Origin: an uncultured virus (IMG/VR IMGVR_UViG_3300043438_001628) | Taxonomy: Duplodnaviria; Heunggongvirae; Uroviricota; Caudoviricetes | Virus record (IMG/VR): IMGVR_UViG_3300043438_001628 | DNA length: 20,000 bases | Strand: one strand, 5' to 3' | In this document: one piece after another, positions 1 to 8,626 of the stretch | Layout: the number at the start of each line of letters is the position of its first letter | How positions within the stretch are numbered: position 1 is the stretch's first letter | Translations under genes and position numbers: made by a program | The notes under the pieces: generated by a model | The model's database searches: none | What the model saw: only the letters and a program-made list of their open reading frames with translations | What the model was told of the DNA's origin: nothing

Positions 1-632
1 GGACCAAAGATAAATTTCTAAATAGAGCGAAAGATTGGGAATTTTGGGGAGATGAAAATGGATTTGTGGCTACTCGAAAACAGCAAAGCGGATTTATTAA
101 ATTGGTTGGCGCTGCTGGTAGTAATAAATCGAAATATCAAGGATTTAAAGAATTGATAAATTCAAATCTTCCGGTTTGGGGTCTTGTTGACATAACAATT
201 TCCAATTTATTGAAAAAGTTGAATTACAGAGGTCCAAATATGATTGAGCGTGTGGTGTTGAATCAATTGTTAAAATCTGGAAAAATGCAATCCGTGTTAG
301 GGGATGCTAAAATAGAAAAACTGGAAGGTGATAAACTGACATTGACATATCCTGATATTGGAACTGTTGAAAAATATTTCATGGGTTCTCCAGAATATTG
401 GAAACATATAAAAACATCTTTAGTAAATAAAGGTATGATGTCGGAGTCTTTTCAATTTGACGATACCTATTCGAAAATTCTAGAAAAATTTTCAAAGAAA
501 AAGAAGAAAAAGGTATCTCCTTTAAGAGCTAAGTGTCAATCCAAGGCAAAAGCTAAATACGATGTCTGGCCTAGCGCTTATGCTAGTGGATATGTTCAGA
601 AGTGCGTTAAAAGAAAAGGTAAAATGAACTAA
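1..632 (+). CDS. Hypothetical phage protein, 5'-truncated; basic C-terminal domain with AKAKYDVWPSAYASGY motif
   Basis: The frame is open from position 3 (TKDKFLNRAKDWEFWGDENGFVATRK...), so the GTG at 66 in the ORF track is probably not the true start. Stop TAA at 630-632. The Lys-rich tail resembles a small basic viral protein family, recognised from memory. Confidence 0.75.
   Translation, partial: TKDKFLNRAKDWEFWGDENGFVATRKQQSGFIKLVGAAGSNKSKYQGFKELINSNLPVWGLVDITISNLLKKLNYRGPNMIERVVLNQLLKSGKMQSVLGDAKIEKLEGDKLTLTYPDIGTVEKYFMGSPEYWKHIKTSLVNKGMMSESFQFDDTYSKILEKFSKKKKKKVSPLRAKCQSKAKAKYDVWPSAYASGYVQKCVKRKGKMN
424..429 (+). promoter_or_regulatory. Putative internal late-promoter core TAAATA, 5 nt before in-frame ATG 435
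   Basis: TAAATA-AAGGT-ATGATG, the same spacing as at intergenic gene starts elsewhere in the window. Confidence 0.45.
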
Positions 633-910
633 TGAATATAATCGACGATACTACATATTATACTCAACGAGAACTTCTCGAAAATCTCCGTGATTGGTTC
701 GCTCCTCAAACGGACAAAAAAGGTCGCAAATTCAGAGGCTGGATCAATTGTAAAACAGGCGGACCTTGTGGACGAAATGATACCTCAAAGGGTAGTTATC
801 CAGCTTGCAGAGCTACTAAAGCTGAATGCAATAAAATTAAAGGTAAAATGTATAAAAAGAAAAGCGCTAAACGAGTTTCTTGGAAAAAACCTAAAAAGAA
901 ATCCGAGTAG
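632..910 (+). CDS. Small basic Cys-containing phage protein (92 aa; LRDWF...GWINCKTGGPCGR...YPACR)
   Basis: TAATG stop/start overlap with the upstream gene. K/R-rich with four Cys. The W-F...W..C.TG.PCGR...YPACR pattern is one I recognise from phage and giant-virus hypothetical proteins. Confidence 0.8.
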   Translation: MNIIDDTTYYTQRELLENLRDWFAPQTDKKGRKFRGWINCKTGGPCGRNDTSKGSYPACRATKAECNKIKGKMYKKKSAKRVSWKKPKKKSE

Positions 911-921
911 TTCCCATGTAT

Positions 922-927
922 TAAATA
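922..927 (+). promoter_or_regulatory. Putative T4-type late-promoter core TAAATA
   Basis: Intergenic, 6 nt before ATG 934. Confidence 0.6.
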
Positions 928-933
928 TTATAC

Positions 934-1419
934 ATGGCTATCAAGATAAAATCACTGGAAGCTCCTCCAGTATCCAAAAACGCGCTTGAAAATGGATTCT
1001 TATACAAAGATCTATCATTGGATCTATCTCCTTCATACAGCTACAACAGTCAATTAAACAGAAATGAAGTATTAAAAGATGTCCAAGCGATTTTCGATGT
1101 GGAATCAGTTAAAAACAGCGTTGTAAATGCTTTATTGACATCCCCCGGTGAAAAAATATTAAATCCGACATATGGAGTGGATTTAAGGCAATATTTATTT
1201 GAGCCAATCGACGACTTTACAACAGATTTAATCAAAGACGACATTGAAATAAAGCTTCCCCTTATGGAACCACGCATTGTGCTGAAAAGTGTGAATGTTG
1301 TGGCGGATGAAGATAACAATCAGTACAACATTGAACTTCAAATTGATGTTCCTTCGCTTGATGTGTATGGATTGAGTATAAAATCAGAGCTTGCATCCAC
1401 TGGTTACGTCATTGCTTGA
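934..1419 (+). CDS. gp25: Baseplate wedge subunit, T4 gp25-like (GPW_gp25 family)
   Basis: Typical gp25 motifs: YKDLSLDL, SVKNSVVNALLTSPGEKILNPTYGVDLRQYLFEP, MEPRIVLKSVNV. Lies directly upstream of the gp6-like gene. Confidence 0.92.
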   Translation: MAIKIKSLEAPPVSKNALENGFLYKDLSLDLSPSYSYNSQLNRNEVLKDVQAIFDVESVKNSVVNALLTSPGEKILNPTYGVDLRQYLFEPIDDFTTDLIKDDIEIKLPLMEPRIVLKSVNVVADEDNNQYNIELQIDVPSLDVYGLSIKSELASTGYVIA

Positions 1420-1420
1420 T

Positions 1421-1426
1421 TAAATA
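1421..1426 (+). promoter_or_regulatory. Putative late-promoter core TAAATA
   Basis: 7 nt before ATG 1434, which supports 1434 over the TTG at 1416 as the start. Confidence 0.55.
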
Positions 1427-1433
1427 TTTGACA

Positions 1434-3248
1434 ATGAGCAATAAAGATACATTGGAGTATAATCTTCCACAAACAGCGTATGTTAATTTCGATGCTGTTT
1501 CTTTAAAAAATTTCATAATACAAAGATTAAACGAAAATTCAACATTCACTGATCAAAATTACGAAGGAAGTAATATATCATTCCTTATTGAAATTTTAGC
1601 GTATTACACGCATGTTTTAATGTTTTATTTGAATCAAAACAGTTCAGAATCTTTATTTGATCAATCTTCGATTTATGAAAACATGAATCGCATAGTTAAG
1701 CTTATTGGATATAAACCAACAGGTCAGCAAACATCAATAGTTCCAGTAAATTGTGTAGCGGCGGCTGATTTAGCTATCGGAAGCTATATGATTAGAAAAT
1801 ATAGTTATATTTTGGTTGATAGTATCCAATACACTGTATTAAATGATACAATTTTCGAAAAAACCACAAATTCTGAAGAAATAATACAATCCATCAATGA
1901 TAATTTGATATTGTATCAAGGAACTGTTGAAGAATACCCATCTTACATCGCTGAAGGTATCGGATTTGAAACTTTACCAGTGGTGGTGGATAATTTAGTG
2001 GATGCATCTACTTCTAAATTCATATCTGATGGTACATTGAGTGTCTATGTAAAGGAAACCAACAATAATACTTGGTATGAGTATAAGGAGATCGACACAT
2101 TATACCTATCCAAGCCAACTGATAGATTTTACGAAGTTCGCTTGAATGAAAGCGGAAATTATGAAATTAAATTTGGAAATGATACATTCGGAAAACAATT
2201 AGCCATCGGTGATGAGGTTAAAGTAATGTATATCCTGAGCGATGGAAATAAAGGAATCATAAGCAAAAATGCTATAAATGGGAATAAGCTGTTTACTTAT
2301 TTTACAAACACATTCAATCAAATATATGAAGATACAACAGCTTCAAATTCTCAAATCATAACAACCACACTGAGTTCTCTGTTGACATTTTCAAATCCTT
2401 TAAACTCTACCACTATAAGTGAAGCTGAAAGTGTGGAATCTATAAAAAACAATGCTCCTTATCTGATAGCAGCTCAATATAGATTAGTCACTGAAGAAGA
2501 TTACGAAAAATTCATTCTAAAAAGCCTCCCCAACATTCTAAACTCAGTTAAGGTGGTTGATAATGATAGATTTTTAGGAGAATATATCGACTATTACTAT
2601 AGAATATGTGTAGATCCCAATAAAGTCAACCGAGTTTTAATTAACCAAGTAAATTTTGCAGATTCTTGCGATTTTAACAATGTTAATATTTTCTGCGTTC
2701 CTAAATTTGATGTTCTTAGAGATGCAAGTTATCCCAATTATCTAAGTGAGTCATTTAAAAATCTTATAATAGATCTGACCAGAGGTAAAAAGATGATATC
2801 AAGTGAGATAGTCGCCAGAGATCCAATATATACAGCATTCGATGTCGGATTTAGTACATCATCAACAGCATTTTCGATTGTTTCAAACTCTAGAATAGTC
2901 GTTGTTCGAGATAAAAACAATAAAATTAATAAATCAACACTTAAAACTAAAGTGAATGATTTTATATTAGATTTTTTCAAGCCATCTAATAACACACTTG
3001 GACAAACTCTCAATTTATCAGATTTAACTGCTAATATCTTAGGAATTGATGGAATTTCATCAATTAGAACCGAAAACACATTAGAAAATACATTCTTCAA
3101 TGGATTATCATTCTTATCGTGGAATCCTGTATATGCAGACAGTGATAATGATCTTGTCAATCAGACAACTACATTACCATTTTATAAATTTCCATATTTT
3201 TATTCTCCTCAGTCTCTTATAAATAAAATAGAAATAATCGATGCCTGA
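1434..3248 (+). CDS. gp6: Baseplate wedge subunit, T4 gp6-like
   Basis: gp6 hallmarks: FTDQNYEGSNISFLIEILAYYTH, KLIGYKP, YEIKFGNDTFGK, YILSDGNKG, ESVESIKNNAP...QYRLVTEEDY. About 604 aa from ATG 1434. Confidence 0.9.
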   Translation: MSNKDTLEYNLPQTAYVNFDAVSLKNFIIQRLNENSTFTDQNYEGSNISFLIEILAYYTHVLMFYLNQNSSESLFDQSSIYENMNRIVKLIGYKPTGQQTSIVPVNCVAAADLAIGSYMIRKYSYILVDSIQYTVLNDTIFEKTTNSEEIIQSINDNLILYQGTVEEYPSYIAEGIGFETLPVVVDNLVDASTSKFISDGTLSVYVKETNNNTWYEYKEIDTLYLSKPTDRFYEVRLNESGNYEIKFGNDTFGKQLAIGDEVKVMYILSDGNKGIISKNAINGNKLFTYFTNTFNQIYEDTTASNSQIITTTLSSLLTFSNPLNSTTISEAESVESIKNNAPYLIAAQYRLVTEEDYEKFILKSLPNILNSVKVVDNDRFLGEYIDYYYRICVDPNKVNRVLINQVNFADSCDFNNVNIFCVPKFDVLRDASYPNYLSESFKNLIIDLTRGKKMISSEIVARDPIYTAFDVGFSTSSTAFSIVSNSRIVVVRDKNNKINKSTLKTKVNDFILDFFKPSNNTLGQTLNLSDLTANILGIDGISSIRTENTLENTFFNGLSFLSWNPVYADSDNDLVNQTTTLPFYKFPYFYSPQSLINKIEIIDA

Positions 3249-5367
3249 TTTAAAAACAACATACACAACATTCAATGTTTTAGATTATAAGAACGAACAA
3301 GTATTAAGTTCTTATAGTTTAGAACAAACACCATTTAAATTTGTTCCAGATTTGGATCTGTTTGCAAATAAGGATGTTGTGTGGTCATTTGGCGATGGAA
3401 CCATATCAAAATCGATAACTGCTACGAAATATTACACATTTCCGGGTGTGTATACTGTTAATTTATTAGTATATGATTGTCAAAACAATGCTTTGATATC
3501 TTCATACTCACAAAATGTTGAAATTAAAGATTATATCCCATACACTTTAAAGTTTACAAACCTATCTTCGAATAAAGGTTATGTAGAATTAAAAGAATCC
3601 GTTATACATGGACCTTGGGTTTTAAACGCCACTTATCCATGGCATCAGCCAATTACAGATATAGTATATGATGTATCTGGATCATCGAGTCTTAATTATT
3701 TCAGTGTGAATTCTAATAAGTTCACACATCTACAAAAGACATATTCCATATTTGATAGTACATATAATTACGCTATTGCGAATACTCAGTATTATGAAGT
3801 TCCTAAAATCACAATAAGTAATCCTGTTAAACTATATGCTAAAATATCTGGCAATTCTATAGTTTTATGCTCTGAAAACGATAACGGTTCCTTTTTTGTT
3901 GGAACATCAGCTGAGAAAGCGGTATATTATAAAGATGATTCAGTTGGAAATACAGCTATTTCTTTTAAATTCAACAGCGATTTCACCAACATAGATGGGA
4001 AAACTGTGAATTATGTGAATAATTTAGGAGTTATGTTGAGCGCTAACATAATCCAAAACAATGATGCATCAAGACTTACAATAACATCAAACGGGTTAGA
4101 TGGTGAGAAAACAGCAATCACTTCATTTGATATATATCACACTAAATTCACATCAAGCGAAATTCCATTCGTAGTTAAAATTAAAGATAGTCAATTTCAC
4201 TCTCTGAAAAATTTTAATCCAATTGAATTAAACAATCTCACAATATCAGTATTATCAGCAGAATATCTAACCACCGAATCTGGTGACATTCTATTAACAG
4301 AATCTAATATTCCAATCATAGCAGGTGCAACACCTATAAATTCAAGCTACTTCACAGTATCATCATTGAATTATACTATAGATGACATTGATCATAATGG
4401 ATCTTTTAGAGGTTATGTCAAATTTAATTCATTAAGTACAACACTAACTGATGTATTTTTATCATGTGGCGCTGTGTTGCAGAACAATTATCTATCATCA
4501 TTCAACTTAGCAACAGAATCCACTCTGTTTAATGTGTTGCCTAGAAATTTATATGACATATATAAAGTAAACGAAAACTTCAATGCGGCTGAGACACTTA
4601 ATAATCTAGCGTTTCAAGAGAGAATTAAAGATAATCCAGTATTGTTTAATGATTTCTTAGCTGCTATTTTTGGATCTGATGAATATGATCATGACTCTAT
4701 AGGGGTTAAAACATACGAAAAAATAGCAAACTTTATTCAAAACAATACAGACATAGACACTAAAAATATAAGAGCTTTAATTTCTGATATTAATTTAGTG
4801 GATAATGAAGAATTGGTTTTCAATAGAACACCGATAAAATATCCTGAAAATATCGAACGCATTGCTAACTTAGCATCTATAAGTTTAAACAAACTTGTAG
4901 GGACGACTAATAAATTTAAACAAAATTTCAACAGCCGTGGAGATACTCAAAAAGATAAGTACGGTAAAAATATAGGTAATCAAATTGATACATTGAATTA
5001 TGTCATAACCGCTGGAGCCCCCATAGCGGCTCTTGAAAAATTCAGCAACACATACACTCTACTGAACACATATCAGCCGCTGTGTGCCGGTTCTGGGTCT
5101 CAATTTACCCTGTCTGGATATAATAGTAATTGGGGTTGGCCATTGGTTCTTCCAACGCAATTCACTCCTCTCGATTTCGAAAAGTATTATATCTTTTTCG
5201 AATATATCGATGTGAATGATGGAACTATAATCGACAATGTTATTGATTTCACAAATCCGAACACAACAATATCGTCAGATTCTCCAACATCTGAATATTT
5301 CTTTGGAAATTCTGGAATATTTAATACTATGTTCTTGGATTCGCTCTATCAATCCTTGTCAATATGA
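3241..5367 (+). CDS. Putative baseplate protein with N-terminal PKD (Ig-like) domain, at the gp7 position (708 aa)
   Basis: WSFGDGT...ATKYYTFPGVYTVNLLV is a PKD signature. Overlaps the gp6 stop. The gp7-like role is inferred only from gene order. Confidence 0.7.
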   Translation: MPDLKTTYTTFNVLDYKNEQVLSSYSLEQTPFKFVPDLDLFANKDVVWSFGDGTISKSITATKYYTFPGVYTVNLLVYDCQNNALISSYSQNVEIKDYIPYTLKFTNLSSNKGYVELKESVIHGPWVLNATYPWHQPITDIVYDVSGSSSLNYFSVNSNKFTHLQKTYSIFDSTYNYAIANTQYYEVPKITISNPVKLYAKISGNSIVLCSENDNGSFFVGTSAEKAVYYKDDSVGNTAISFKFNSDFTNIDGKTVNYVNNLGVMLSANIIQNNDASRLTITSNGLDGEKTAITSFDIYHTKFTSSEIPFVVKIKDSQFHSLKNFNPIELNNLTISVLSAEYLTTESGDILLTESNIPIIAGATPINSSYFTVSSLNYTIDDIDHNGSFRGYVKFNSLSTTLTDVFLSCGAVLQNNYLSSFNLATESTLFNVLPRNLYDIYKVNENFNAAETLNNLAFQERIKDNPVLFNDFLAAIFGSDEYDHDSIGVKTYEKIANFIQNNTDIDTKNIRALISDINLVDNEELVFNRTPIKYPENIERIANLASISLNKLVGTTNKFKQNFNSRGDTQKDKYGKNIGNQIDTLNYVITAGAPIAALEKFSNTYTLLNTYQPLCAGSGSQFTLSGYNSNWGWPLVLPTQFTPLDFEKYYIFFEYIDVNDGTIIDNVIDFTNPNTTISSDSPTSEYFFGNSGIFNTMFLDSLYQSLSI

Positions 5368-5387
5368 AGTAAGTAACGTTCGATAAT

Positions 5388-5393
5388 TAAATA
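5388..5393 (+). promoter_or_regulatory. Putative late-promoter core TAAATA
   Basis: Intergenic, 6 nt before ATG 5400, inside a short inverted repeat GATAAT-TAAAT-ATTATC (5382-5398). Confidence 0.6.
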
Positions 5394-5399
5394 TTATCA

Positions 5400-8111
5400 A
5401 TGTCATCAATTCTGCAATACGGGTACCCTGAAATACCGAAGAGCGTAACAAATCCAAATGTATTAGAAGTAAATGCGTTGGATGTCGGTTCTCCGATGTC
5501 ATTTTTACTTTTCATTAAAACTATATCGGTAAGTTTCGAACCTGAAATATTACAAGCGTATTATAATGAATATATAAAGCGTTGGAATACTAAAAAGAAA
5601 AATAGCGACTCTGTAAATTCCAACATGATAATTGAGAAATATCGTGATTTTATACGCGATATCAATATTAAATACACAACTCTCGAAGAACGAGACTTCT
5701 TACAGAAGTTAAACTTCAATGATCGATACGATTTGGATACTGTATTGGGTTTCTATAGTAAGAAATTGCTGGAAATATCGCAATATTACAATACAAAAAG
5801 AGATGATGTAAAGTATGAGATAACTAGAAAGAAATTAAAAGGCAGCAATCTAGGTTTAGAGAAAACTGTTTTAGAAAAAACAATTGAATTTTTAGAAAAT
5901 CAAGAATATGGATTGATCGAATATGATATTGATGACATCAAATCCAAAATAAAAATCGATATTCAAGAACTATACAATTCATACGGATTATACTTCGATC
6001 AGAAACCAGATATCAAAATATATGACTACAAGGATTTAGATTTCGGGCAGGATATATTTTTAAGAAATGATGATGATCTAATCGCCAGTGTTTTCAGTGG
6101 AGTGTCTGATGAAATTAAAACTTTAAAAGAAGCAGATCAGTTATTTGAAAATAAGAGAAAATTAACTCGCAAGAGTGTGAGTAGTAATTTTTATTACATA
6201 TCAACTGGATCTACATCAACCGACTTCGTTTCCGGTAAATTATTCGATGCTACAAATTCATCTAAGAATATATTAAACAGAAACAATCCAACAACAGCGT
6301 CCACCATAAAGGGAGGTTTGTTAACAAAGGAAAATGTAGGTTTCTTCAAACCAAGTAAAACAGGGATTGTATTTATCGATGGTAAAAATGAATCATTTTC
6401 CATTAATATAGATGCATTACAGCCGAATTCATTGTATTATTTCCCAGATCCTAATATATTCGGAAGCAATGGTGAAATTTTAACATTTTTCGTCGATGGC
6501 GAGTATTTAAAACGAAATGCATCATCATCAGAAGCTGTAAATCAACCAATCTCAAATAAAAATGATACCAAGTATTATGGATATGCAACACTGAAAACGG
6601 ATGAATTTGATCAAAGCTTTGAATCAATATTCGATTCAGGATATATAGCGGATCAAAAGAGTGATGTATTTGGAAATAGATTTGGATTATTTAAACTTGA
6701 CGATTCTTTCAAATCCACAATTCAAGTCAAAACTCCAAACAATATAAAGAGTTTGCTGCTGAATGGTTATAAATTCTTTGATGATTTATATGGTGAGGGG
6801 TATAATTTTAATTATACTATAGCTGATAGTACATCATACACTGAAACATTAAGATCTGGTATATCTTCAAATACGAATTCATTTTCATCAACTGCCGGGG
6901 CTTGGAACTTGTTTTTTAGAAACTTCACGCCTTATCAAGAGTTGATAAGCCCAACTGAAAGTTCAATAACACCTTCATTTAAAATACGAGATGGTGCAAT
7001 CTTCATGAAGAATGATGTTGAGTTTTTAAGCGATCCAAGCAGTTCAGATCTCAACGCCTTTCCGGGAGCGAGTGTGTACTATTACAACACACTGTTTGAT
7101 GCTGGTATATACACCGCTTCTCCAATTCAGAGAGCGCTGAAAGACACATCATTTCCAGCAAATACTGCCAATTTCCTACAATCAGTTAGACCATTATCTG
7201 GCAACGATGTTTTGAATGTTGATGGAGGTAAATTCACCACAGAATTTGTATATAATTACACATTCGATGAAGTTGATTATGCTTATATCAACGATTCATC
7301 AAATGCGACATCATTTGTAATTGATGATATAACAGATAGCAATTATAATGATAGGTTAGATTTAAATGGTCAGATATTTGTAAAAAATATAAACTATAAT
7401 TCAACGAGGCCGCTCTTAACAGAATTTTCATACTTGAGTTCAAAGTATAATGGCAGCGTAGTTGCTCAATTATCAAGTATTTCAAAATTTGAAATAGCAT
7501 ATAACACGATATCTATCGAAACCGATAATTATTTGATATTTGAAAAAATAAGATATGAAAATTCAAAATTTATAAATCCAAAAACAGCAGCTTATGTTAT
7601 TGAGCATGACACAACTGATGTAAATAAACTATCAAACAGATTTAAAATAGGAACCGATATATATTATTGTGTATTAAACAGCACAACTCCTTTCATATCA
7701 TCAAATAATTACATAGTATATCCCGAAATATACAAATATGATACATTAACTGATGTAAATTTGAAAATTTTCCCTATAAATGAGACTGACTACACATCAA
7801 ACGAAGATTTTTTCAATGTATCTGGAAATAATGTAAGATTTGATAAAATTGAATCTCCAGTGTTGGTATATACTGACACCAACAAAATATTCAGCATTTC
7901 ATTCTTGGCAAAAGACCAAAATGAAATGATAGCACTTCACGAATATGATTTTATCATCAACCCCGATGTAACATTCTTAAAACATCATGTCTACATGGGC
8001 AGTTTCGATAGTTATTCGAACATAATGTCTTCATCATACAGTTCGTTATCAAACGTTTACTTACAATCAACACCAGCTGCGAATGTAATAAATCAAGAAT
8101 TTATCTTATGA
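5400..8111 (+). CDS. Large hypothetical virion/baseplate protein (903 aa)
   Basis: Long ORF within the baseplate module. The N-terminal ~250 aa look helical and the rest beta-rich. No family recognised. Confidence 0.7.
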   Translation: MSSILQYGYPEIPKSVTNPNVLEVNALDVGSPMSFLLFIKTISVSFEPEILQAYYNEYIKRWNTKKKNSDSVNSNMIIEKYRDFIRDINIKYTTLEERDFLQKLNFNDRYDLDTVLGFYSKKLLEISQYYNTKRDDVKYEITRKKLKGSNLGLEKTVLEKTIEFLENQEYGLIEYDIDDIKSKIKIDIQELYNSYGLYFDQKPDIKIYDYKDLDFGQDIFLRNDDDLIASVFSGVSDEIKTLKEADQLFENKRKLTRKSVSSNFYYISTGSTSTDFVSGKLFDATNSSKNILNRNNPTTASTIKGGLLTKENVGFFKPSKTGIVFIDGKNESFSINIDALQPNSLYYFPDPNIFGSNGEILTFFVDGEYLKRNASSSEAVNQPISNKNDTKYYGYATLKTDEFDQSFESIFDSGYIADQKSDVFGNRFGLFKLDDSFKSTIQVKTPNNIKSLLLNGYKFFDDLYGEGYNFNYTIADSTSYTETLRSGISSNTNSFSSTAGAWNLFFRNFTPYQELISPTESSITPSFKIRDGAIFMKNDVEFLSDPSSSDLNAFPGASVYYYNTLFDAGIYTASPIQRALKDTSFPANTANFLQSVRPLSGNDVLNVDGGKFTTEFVYNYTFDEVDYAYINDSSNATSFVIDDITDSNYNDRLDLNGQIFVKNINYNSTRPLLTEFSYLSSKYNGSVVAQLSSISKFEIAYNTISIETDNYLIFEKIRYENSKFINPKTAAYVIEHDTTDVNKLSNRFKIGTDIYYCVLNSTTPFISSNNYIVYPEIYKYDTLTDVNLKIFPINETDYTSNEDFFNVSGNNVRFDKIESPVLVYTDTNKIFSISFLAKDQNEMIALHEYDFIINPDVTFLKHHVYMGSFDSYSNIMSSSYSSLSNVYLQSTPAANVINQEFIL

Positions 8112-8617
8112 ATACTAAAACACTGTATTTTTCAACATCTGCGACAGCACTGTCTTCTACTTTACCAGAAGTTAAATTAACTGACTTAACTTCTGTGACG
8201 GTAACGCTGAGTGGTATATCTGAAACCCAAGCTCCATTATTTTTAACTATTAATTGGGGAGATGGCGAAATTGTAAGATATCAAAGCTCATTTACAAAGG
8301 ATTATAGAGTCGATAGCATAATTCCAGAAATATTATACAATAAATTCAGTTCATTATTGGCAAATGACCAAGTTCACATATATTACCCATCGATTTCGGC
8401 AAGATACAAAAAACTATCAGCTGAAATCAATATCGAGTATATAAATGGCGATATATGTTCACTTATACAACCCATAAATATAATAACATCTGATTATTTT
8501 GAAAGTATAGGCGACATGAAACACATTTATACAAATATATTGCAACTATCTGGGAATAACAAACAATTCTTGTTTTCCGTTGACAAAGGTGGCTTCTTAA
8601 TTGAGTCTGAATCTTAA
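8108..8617 (+). CDS. Hypothetical structural protein with PKD/Ig-like motif (169 aa)
   Basis: LTINWGDG...HIY motif. ATGA overlap with the upstream gene. Confidence 0.65.
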   Translation: MNTKTLYFSTSATALSSTLPEVKLTDLTSVTVTLSGISETQAPLFLTINWGDGEIVRYQSSFTKDYRVDSIIPEILYNKFSSLLANDQVHIYYPSISARYKKLSAEINIEYINGDICSLIQPINIITSDYFESIGDMKHIYTNILQLSGNNKQFLFSVDKGGFLIESES

Positions 8618-8620
8618 ATA
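8615..8620 (+). promoter_or_regulatory. Putative late-promoter core TAAATA, overlapping the upstream stop codon
   Basis: The TAA stop at 8615-8617 forms the first half of the motif, which lies 6 nt before ATG 8627. Confidence 0.55.
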
Positions 8621-8626
8621 TTTTAA

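Noticed and set aside
690..989. 99-aa alternative-frame ORF
   Set aside because: It overlaps two better-supported genes (632..910 and gp25), has a GTG start and shows no recognisable motifs.
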